NCBI GenBank assembly: GCA_050287845.1 | Contig: JBNKCR010000061.1 | Span: forward strand, 1-20,611 | Origin: Polyangia bacterium | GTDB taxonomy: Bacteria; Myxococcota_A; Polyangia; JAAYKL01 | Length of the DNA: 20,611 nucleotides | Direction of reading: 5' to 3' | The notes under the pieces: model-generated | What the model was told of the DNA's origin: nothing | The model's input: the letters and a program-made list of their open reading frames with translations, nothing else | Database searches by the model: none | Translations under genes and position numbers: made by a program | Shown here: piece by piece, positions 11,601 through 17,136 of the stretch | Numbering within the stretch: the first letter of the stretch is position 1 | How the letters are laid out: each line of letters begins with the position of its first letter

Positions 11601-11844
11601 GTCGCCGCCGTTCATCAACGCCCATCACCCGGTCGACCAGTTGGACAATCCCATTCCTGGGCGTCACAATCTTTCCGGCAAATATGTGATTCCGGTCTGC
11701 CAGCGTCCGTTTCACCTTCTGATGCAATCCATCGGGAGCGGTAATCAGTTCAAAGTCAAATGGCCGATGTGTCTCCAGGTCCAGCACATCGCACAATGCC
11801 GCCAGCAGGGAATCGAGTCGGTTGCTTTTAAAGATATGCAGCAT
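8665..11844 (-). CDS. recC: Exodeoxyribonuclease V gamma subunit (RecC)
   Basis: The typical RecC N-terminus MLHIFKSNRLDSL begins at the ATG at 11844, so the ORF-track extension to 11904 (overlapping smug1) is not used. Motifs FGVSTLPP, REVD, VVMAPDM..YAP, TWQFGLQRLVLG, FKVVALLGMDE..FP, GDRDPR..MFLEA, FWKNP. Position directly upstream of recB-recD. Confidence 0.93.
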   Translation of the reverse strand: MLHIFKSNRLDSLLAALCDVLDLETHRPFDFELITAPDGLHQKVKRTLADRNHIFAGKIVTPRNGIVQLVDRVMGVDERRRPLHPDALQLFVARTILSQLHTPQFESISSYLGATVSVKKLLSLSGVLTGLFGEYGIYRPALMNEWKQFPGDWQSTLYSEASKAFEAHIGEGILATINTLGSDTAAAKRLPSRTLFFGVSTLPPVFLQLLGAASVHSEVYLFVVTPSMDYFEAGRRSGDETPQNELLTLLGRQPAAFRDALLGIVNQVPTMERDLFESTTTGSMLSALQQSVIQNQPPARCAETGGMPSVVFHQCTSVAREVDAVVSSLLRCIMEDGVKPEEMVVMAPDMNDYAPYVEAAMAGSGVPCTISDRTMPAVPGAPEVLASLLVLLDSRLGLQDVFSLLQMEPVRKQFSLDGDDVVRLFEACRKARICACIDDDHRRRLGLEPFFDNTWQFGLQRLVLGMAMDSDLPFEGVSPVSAYAVSETLPAGQLMAFLDILFELALRCEGQMTIGEWCALLDRYLVMLVSDADDSLPAVRATLQQLSGQTEVAGFGIGMDFAAVRTLLKNRVTRPSFSSGSGGVRFASFRNLRGESFKVVALLGMDEKKFPTESRTASFDVMAENPMPGDRDPRNDGYHMFLEAVMAAARQLRVFYGGTAPTGGGAPKVCMPAQTLKNAILEMRGDHSREPDSYPLVVEHPPYSHDPVYFLDSAAPFVNYRRTDFMAALEVRSIAAEGERAREIAPFAPAHINASADRPDFTMTLFDFFSFWKNPPGYFLTQCLGMADVTPGELISDCEPLQLNGLDEWTVGQLCMDALIDGATGWDAVFQRVRALGVAPSGNLGVFHARRVFNRAERIADEVLKLRSVAGSSELDVDVRIATPAGGLRLRGGLPIYNDELLEYSYSAVNDSFMLRFLLKYLCVRHLSDSDMPLGAKWVGRNRENAVQYGIHLEKDEADALLHKVAQHTICGLQRPLFFIPQEGFAYWKKYQKTAPDKKEALLEGTVASMIQQLQLQAPAESRVLVHTAAREDQQREFHQVTQDVVGPVSLSVKKGEAG

Positions 11845-11855
11845 ACAGCAAACGC

Positions 11856-12575
11856 TTAAAGCAACTGGAGGGACTGCAGTTGACGGTGCGCGGCATCTGC
11901 CCATCCCCGATTGGCGGCTGGACTGGCAGGGGACGGATGCAATATCTGTCCAACGGGAATTTGCGTATCGGCGAGCGCCCGTTCGCAGGCTTTTCTGGCA
12001 AACGCACCCACACCAACGGCGAATCTGGCATTCATTGCCACGGCCATCTCCCGGAGCGCTGCGTCACATGTTGCAAAGAGCGCCTTCTGTTCTGCAACCG
12101 GTAATTTGTCCGGGGTAATATTTTTGCCGGTTTCCCCCATGAACACCAGGGGACAATAATTCACCACGTAGAACTTGCGGAAAAATTGGGCGGGCGTTTC
12201 AAACTGAGCCCTGGCATATCCCCACAGCCGGGTGCCACTCACCTCACTGCGCGGGCAATCGAATCCGTCGATGGGACGCTTTGGGTGCTGTCTGGGCAGT
12301 GGCCCCAGCTTGCCTTTAATTTTCAGGAAATCCCGCACCATGGTCACATCGCCAAAAGGCACGCCGGTCTGCGCCATGCCGAATGGTCCGGGATTCATTC
12401 CCACCCACAGCGCGATTTTCTTTCGGGCATATTTCTTTATAAATTTGAAATGCGCGTCGCTGGCGTATGTCAGCGGATTATACACATACGCCACTGGCGG
12501 CGCGAACTGCATCTGTCCCGTCTTCAACGCCAGTTGCCCGGTAATGTCCATCAATTGCTCTGCCAACTCAGTCAT
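11856..12575 (-). CDS. smug1: SMUG1-like single-strand-selective monofunctional uracil-DNA glycosylase (UDG family 3)
   Basis: Family motifs YVYNPLTYA, GMNPGPFGMAQTGVPFG, HPKRPIDG, RSEVSGTRLW, NYCPL, NITPDKL, LHPSPASP..NRGW. A GAGGA ribosome-binding site lies upstream of the ATG. Confidence 0.95.
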   Translation of the reverse strand: MTELAEQLMDITGQLALKTGQMQFAPPVAYVYNPLTYASDAHFKFIKKYARKKIALWVGMNPGPFGMAQTGVPFGDVTMVRDFLKIKGKLGPLPRQHPKRPIDGFDCPRSEVSGTRLWGYARAQFETPAQFFRKFYVVNYCPLVFMGETGKNITPDKLPVAEQKALFATCDAALREMAVAMNARFAVGVGAFARKACERALADTQIPVGQILHPSPASPAANRGWADAAHRQLQSLQLL

Positions 12576-12685
12576 GAATATTCCTCATCAATCTTCTTCG
12601 ACATATTTTCCCTTTACAGTGCAGTCAGGTTCGTTCCGTTGTACGCAAAATCCGCCTCAAACGGTATAAAAAGATGCATAAGGGC

Positions 12686-12713
12686 TTTGAAATCCGCAGT
12701 GGACGGATATGAT
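12686..12713 (+). promoter_or_regulatory. Candidate sigma70-type promoter for the DUF3820 gene
   Basis: TTTGAAA (12686-12692) and TATGAT (12708-12713). The 15-16 nt spacer is short of the optimal 17. Confidence 0.3.
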
Positions 12714-12719
12714 GAGCCT

Positions 12720-12965
12720 ATGACACATGAACACAACACCGCCGAAACCATGGTTCCTAATCCGGAGGAACTGAAAACCCTGGCCAACATGGAAATGCCG
12801 TTTGGCAGATTCAAAGGCACCTGCCTCATTGATTTGCCCGAACCATATGTGGTCTGGTTTAAAAGACAGGGATTTCCCAAAGGAAAACTGGGAAATCTCC
12901 TTGAAACATTATACGAAATTAAAGTGAACGGACTGGAGCCCCTGGTCCGCAAATTAAAAAAATAG
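12720..12965 (+). CDS. DUF3820 / YpeB-like small protein
   Basis: LANMEMPFGRFKGTCLIDLPEPYVVWFKRQGFPKGKLGNLLETLYEIKVNGLEPLVRKL matches the MPFGKYKG..L.DLP..Y..W family pattern. The start is 12720 or 12750. The 12186-12719 part of the track ORF is antisense to smug1 and spurious. Confidence 0.85.
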   Translation: MTHEHNTAETMVPNPEELKTLANMEMPFGRFKGTCLIDLPEPYVVWFKRQGFPKGKLGNLLETLYEIKVNGLEPLVRKLKK

Positions 12966-13136
12966 CCTCCCGGTAGGCCCCTTTTCCCTTCCGCTGTCCC
13001 CATTGTATCGAATCCGAAAAATCGACAACTGGTAAATTGTCATTCGCGTCTGACTGATTATATTGGCGCAATAACTCGCATCGGCCGAAACTGTCTTCCC
13101 AGCACGCATTCCCGGCTGGAAACGAAAGGAATAAAA

Positions 13137-13985
13137 ATGAACTTTTCCGAACTGTTCACCGAAAACAACTGGACCGAAACCGTGTGGCCCATCATCGTTG
13201 AATACGTCCCCAAAATCACCGGACTTGTTCTGGCGTTGCTTGCCACCAAACTGCTTTCAAGCTGGGCGGAGAAACTGGTGCATCGCGCATTGCACAAAAC
13301 CGATGCTGCACTTCAGAGGTTTCTTGCCAACATGGCGAAGTACGCGGTGCTGACCATCGGCGTGGTGAGCGCACTGGGATACGTGGGTATTCAGACCGCC
13401 AGTTTTGCCGCTGTCATCGCCGCATCCGGTCTGGCCATCGGGCTGGCCTTTCAGGGAACGCTCTCCAATTTTTCAGCCGGCGTCATGCTGCTCATCTTCA
13501 GACCCTTTAAAACCGGCGACTATGTGGAAGCCGGTGGCGAAAGCGGATTCATCGTGGCGATTGAACTTTTTTCAACGGAAATCAAATCCCTCGACAACAA
13601 ACGGATCATCGTGCCGAACAGCAAGATTTTCGGGGCCAACATCACCAATTACACCTATCACCCCGTTCGCCGGGTGGACGTGAATGTGGGCACGGTGTAC
13701 GGCGCCGATGTGGACGAAACGCGAAAGGTGCTGGAGACGGTTCCGGCAAAGGTCGAAGGGGCATTGACCGATCCCGCACCGCAGATATTTCTGGCGGGAC
13801 TGGGCAGCAGTTCCGTGGACTGGCAGGTGCGCGTATGGTGCAACACCCCGGACTACTGGGACGTATTTCAACGCACCACCGCCGAAACCAAACGCACCCT
13901 GGACGCCAGCGGCATCGGCATCCCCTTCCCCCAGCGCGACGTCCATTTCGACAAAGACTTCGTCAACGCCCTCAAATCCGCGTAG
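13137..13985 (+). CDS. mscS: Small-conductance mechanosensitive channel (MscS family)
   Basis: Three hydrophobic N-terminal segments. TM3 AAVIAASGLAIGLAFQGTLSNFSAGVMLLIFRPFKTGDYV, then DNKRIIVPNS, NITNY, RRVDVNVG, GIGIPFPQRDVH. AAAGGA ribosome-binding site. Confidence 0.95.
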   Translation: MNFSELFTENNWTETVWPIIVEYVPKITGLVLALLATKLLSSWAEKLVHRALHKTDAALQRFLANMAKYAVLTIGVVSALGYVGIQTASFAAVIAASGLAIGLAFQGTLSNFSAGVMLLIFRPFKTGDYVEAGGESGFIVAIELFSTEIKSLDNKRIIVPNSKIFGANITNYTYHPVRRVDVNVGTVYGADVDETRKVLETVPAKVEGALTDPAPQIFLAGLGSSSVDWQVRVWCNTPDYWDVFQRTTAETKRTLDASGIGIPFPQRDVHFDKDFVNALKSA

Positions 13986-14286
13986 CTTTTCCTTTCGAGA
14001 ACGTCATTCTGTCCCAGCTTCCCTATAGATTAACTGCAACGAACGCGCTGAAACAGCAATCAACTTTGAGCTGAAAAACAAAGACACATCCCAATAAGCT
14101 TACAAAGTTTCCCACGTCACTCATCCCCATCCCCATCCCGTTCCCCCAATATCTGTGTCACCTATGCCACCGGAACTTTAAATACGGCTTCCGCGTAATC
14201 AGTTGCAGCTTCTGTAAATATCGAAAGCAATATTATCATTCCCGGAAAAAATTTTGAAGCGGATACTGACAGTCGCTCTGTCTGGC

Positions 14287-15786
14287 TCAGGAACGGCCTC
14301 TCAACTGTTTTTTTGAGGGGAACTGCCACAGTTCGATGTATTTCTTGAGTGTTTTGTCCGTTGTCTCAATTCCCATCAATCGCAAAGCCCTGCAAACGGC
14401 GGATATATTTCCCGCGCTGTTCAGATATTCGCGCCAGATCTGATCCCTGTATATGCTCAGATGCCCGCCACGTTCAGCCGGGGCTGTTTCGGTTTGCTTC
14501 GATTTCTGTGTCGTTGTCTGCGCGTTGATTTTCGACAACAGGGACTGCAGGTCGATGTGTCGGTTCGTTGAAGCCGGGTCGTTCTCGAAGGGATTGTAGT
14601 TTACAGTCTTTTCCCTATCGCATTTCGTAGAGGCAACCGTTTTTTGCCGGTCGTCCAGTGCCTGAAAAAACGCCGATTCCGGCGTCCTGCCATTCTTTAC
14701 ATATCCTGCCATTCTCAGGCACATATCAATCAGCCCCCGTATATTGTCCGCATGGAAATTTTCCAGACACAACATCTCAAGATGCTGTGCCCGGTAGCAT
14801 GAAATCACCGTCTTCGGCAGGATACCCAGCTTCATCAGTTCCACTGAAAGAAAATGGTGAAACAGCTGTGGAATGTCTGCCCGACGCTGACGCAACTCCG
14901 GCAGCGATATCACCCGAAGTCGGGTCAGCAAGTCATTTGCCAGCATGTAGGTAGGTCCGTCTGCATTGGACGCGAAAATGAAACTGACCTCTGACTTCAG
15001 TTCCCGGCTGCCGCCAGTTCGCATGTAGGTGCCATTCTCCAGAATTCGAAGCAGCACCCGGTGAACACGCTGAGGATAATTGTGAATCTCATCGAGAAAA
15101 AGAATGCCTCCTTTCGCTCTTTCAATCAGTCCCATGCGGGAGTCCACGCCAGAAAAAACACGTGAGTCCAGGCCCAGAAGAGTGGTAACGGCTTCTTCCA
15201 TCGAGGAAAAACAGGCAGCATTGTAAGTCAACATTGACTTGTTTTTTATCTGCGCAAATGCACGGGCGGCCATTTCCTTTCCGGATCCGGTTGGTCCAGC
15301 CAGCAGAACCGCGCGATTCTGTTCTATGGCATTCTTCAGCTCTTCCAGAATCACACCGCTGTAATACTGACCTTCCAACCCATGATAATTATCGGGCGGG
15401 GTCAGAAACGGCTGAATCCGCTCCATAAAAACAAAAAGCGATTCCCCGGCCCGAATCAGGTCGCCATCTGCAAGGCGACTGGTGTCGGATACCCGAAGTC
15501 CATTGATGAACGTGCCATTGGTACTGTTAAAATCATCAACAAAATACTGACATTCCTCACAACGGATCTGAAAATGTTTTTGCGAAAGGGAGTGATCGCA
15601 AATCTGTAAACCGGAATCCGGGTTTCTCCTCCCCACAACAAAAGGAAACGCAAGTGAATATCTACCATTGGAGCGTTCGTCGGCATCTGTAGAATACGCT
15701 ACCAGAATCCCGGGCCGGGAGGCTGTTCTCATGTGTGTGCCGATGGGCGGTATTTTATCTGTGTCGATATTGATGTTAAAATGCAT
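14287..15786 (-). CDS. FHA-domain sigma54-interaction (AAA+) transcriptional regulator with C-terminal HTH
   Basis: FHA motifs VVGR, SLSQKH, DFNSTNGTFING. AAA+ Walker A GPTGSGKE, Walker B LFLDEI, LLRILE, FIFASN, DLLTRL, LPELRQRRADI, NIRGL. HTH-like GNISAVCRAL..KTLKKYI. The GAFTGA position reads RVFSGV. Confidence 0.9.
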   Translation of the reverse strand: MHFNINIDTDKIPPIGTHMRTASRPGILVAYSTDADERSNGRYSLAFPFVVGRRNPDSGLQICDHSLSQKHFQIRCEECQYFVDDFNSTNGTFINGLRVSDTSRLADGDLIRAGESLFVFMERIQPFLTPPDNYHGLEGQYYSGVILEELKNAIEQNRAVLLAGPTGSGKEMAARAFAQIKNKSMLTYNAACFSSMEEAVTTLLGLDSRVFSGVDSRMGLIERAKGGILFLDEIHNYPQRVHRVLLRILENGTYMRTGGSRELKSEVSFIFASNADGPTYMLANDLLTRLRVISLPELRQRRADIPQLFHHFLSVELMKLGILPKTVISCYRAQHLEMLCLENFHADNIRGLIDMCLRMAGYVKNGRTPESAFFQALDDRQKTVASTKCDREKTVNYNPFENDPASTNRHIDLQSLLSKINAQTTTQKSKQTETAPAERGGHLSIYRDQIWREYLNSAGNISAVCRALRLMGIETTDKTLKKYIELWQFPSKKQLRGRS

Positions 15787-16000
15787 CTGGATTGTCTTTC
15801 CCTGAAAAAAATGAATTGACCTAAAACAGGTGAAACAGAATGTTACACGACATACCTCAGGAAATAGTTCAACATCTGATTTATACCATCAAACAATTTC
15901 ACTGAGAAGACTCGATTTTCAGGAACACCACGTACATGAGGCGGCATCGATTCCGTGCGAATAAAAGCACAGGCAGCAATTCACAGCCATTCTGTTTTTG

Positions 16001-16062
16001 GATTTCGGAGCAAAAATCGGAATTTTTCGGAGTTTGACTCCGGATTCCGAAAAAATTTCGAG
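16001..16062. promoter_or_regulatory. Candidate enhancer (UAS) array of TCGGA/TCCGA half-sites with nested inverted repeats
   Basis: TTCGGA 16004, ATCGGA 16016, TTCGGA 16026, TCCGGA 16039, TCCGAA 16046, TTCGAG 16057. TTTTTCGGA (16023-31) and TCCGAAAAA (16046-54) are inverted repeats. Inner palindrome CGGAGT-ttg-ACTCCG (16028-42). Confidence 0.5.
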
Positions 16063-16159
16063 ATTCAAATATTTTCAAAGTTTCAGTAAAAATCATCTTT
16101 TAAAATAAATAGTTCGTCATTTCGCTGGGTTGTAGACGAACAGTCCCGCATTTTCACTT

Positions 16160-16176
16160 CTGGCACAATTCTTTCT
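16160..16176 (+). promoter_or_regulatory. Candidate sigma54 (-24/-12) promoter
   Basis: CTGGCAC-AATTC-TTTCT versus consensus TGGCAC-N5-TTGCW: perfect -24 element, correct spacing, one mismatch at -12 (TC for GC). Lies ~100 bp downstream of the repeat array and next to a bEBP gene. Confidence 0.55.
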
Positions 16177-16327
16177 CTAAGTCCTGACAGCAAAACAGAA
16201 ACGTTCGTGATGAACGCCCTTTGAAAGGGGAGTTTTTCGACATTTCAACGGGGGTCGTGCGCCCTTTTTGCACCACTCGCACAGGTGATGAAATGGCGGA
16301 CAGAACAAAAACAGGAGGAAGAGAAAC

Positions 16328-16756
16328 ATGATTTTAAAGTCGGCAGATTTTCATACAGAACGTGACCGGGTGCTGCTGGTGGTGGATGACGATATACAGG
16401 TGCATCTGATGGCGAGGCGGCTATTCGAGAAATCCTTTTCCCGGGTGTGTACAGCGACCTCAATCGGTGAGGCGGAAATGCTCCTGGGAGACTTTCCTGT
16501 GACCCATCTGCTCTGTGATTTCGATCTGGGAGAATCCGAAAACGGTTTTTCCCTCGTTGCCCGATGGCGAAAACAGCATCCAACCATTTCCCGCGTTTGC
16601 ATCTTTAGTGGGCATCATCTGGCAGACGAGCCGATACCGGACCAGATCGATGGCATCTATTTCAAAGGCGAACCCATTGCCGAACTCAAATCACTGCTGC
16701 TCGCTCCGCAGCCCGATAGCGGCGCTGCCTCTACACGAATAGGAGACAAGGAATGA
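16328..16756 (+). CDS. Single-domain response regulator (receiver only)
   Basis: LLVVDDD acidic pocket, phosphoacceptor in LLCDFDL..ENG, IFSG, conserved Lys in YFKG. No output domain. AGGAGG ribosome-binding site. Confidence 0.88.
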   Translation: MILKSADFHTERDRVLLVVDDDIQVHLMARRLFEKSFSRVCTATSIGEAEMLLGDFPVTHLLCDFDLGESENGFSLVARWRKQHPTISRVCIFSGHHLADEPIPDQIDGIYFKGEPIAELKSLLLAPQPDSGAASTRIGDKE

Positions 16757-16875
16757 AACAGAAAAAAACATGTATCAACAGTACACAAAATGCGCTTTTC
16801 CGTGGGAATAGAAACGGAAAACTCAATCGTGACCGAAGTCGACCGACAGGCTATCTACAAACAGGATCAAAATTT

Positions 16876-17136
16876 ATGCGCATTTGGATACAATGGCAGT
16901 TGCTGCTACCGATCATCAGCATCGTACTGCTATCCTGTGTGTCGGAGCAGACGAATGACAAGGTAGTAACTGGCAATCCGACGCGCCTGACCGGACAGAC
17001 AGCGGCGCTGACCGGGGAAGCTTCACGAGTGTTGGGATTTGAAAATGCCTCTTTCCACCATCGTACAGTCCGGGATGGCAATCGGCGAAGCGGCAGCAAT
17101 CGACGTGATGCTTCCCGAGGCAGCAGGCTGGGGTGA
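16876..17136 (+). CDS. Lipoprotein signal peptide-bearing fragment, probably the true N-terminus of the downstream large protein, out of frame with it
   Basis: MRIWIQWQLLLPIISIVLLS-C has a lipobox with Cys at 16936-16938, with AGGA upstream of ATG 16876. An alternative in-frame ATG at 16753 overlaps the regulator stop (ATGA) and has AGGAG upstream. The sequence looks protein-like up to RVLGFENA (~17049), then becomes Arg-rich nonsense while the +1 frame is open. Confidence 0.6.
   Translation: MRIWIQWQLLLPIISIVLLSCVSEQTNDKVVTGNPTRLTGQTAALTGEASRVLGFENASFHHRTVRDGNRRSGSNRRDASRGSRLG

Noticed and set aside
11845..11904. N-terminal extension of RecC in the ORF track
   Set aside because: It overlaps the smug1 3' end, and the family-typical N-terminus starts at 11844.
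12186..12719. Long N-terminal extension of the DUF3820 ORF
   Set aside because: It is antisense to smug1. Only the last ~70-80 residues resemble the family.
12965..12990. Intrinsic terminator after the DUF3820 gene
   Set aside because: Only a 4-bp stem (GCCT/AGGC), with the T-run not directly adjacent; too weak to call.
16085..16110. IHF site between the enhancer array and the sigma54 promoter
   Set aside because: The stretch is AT-rich, but AATCATCTTTTAA is only a partial match to WATCARNNNNTTR.
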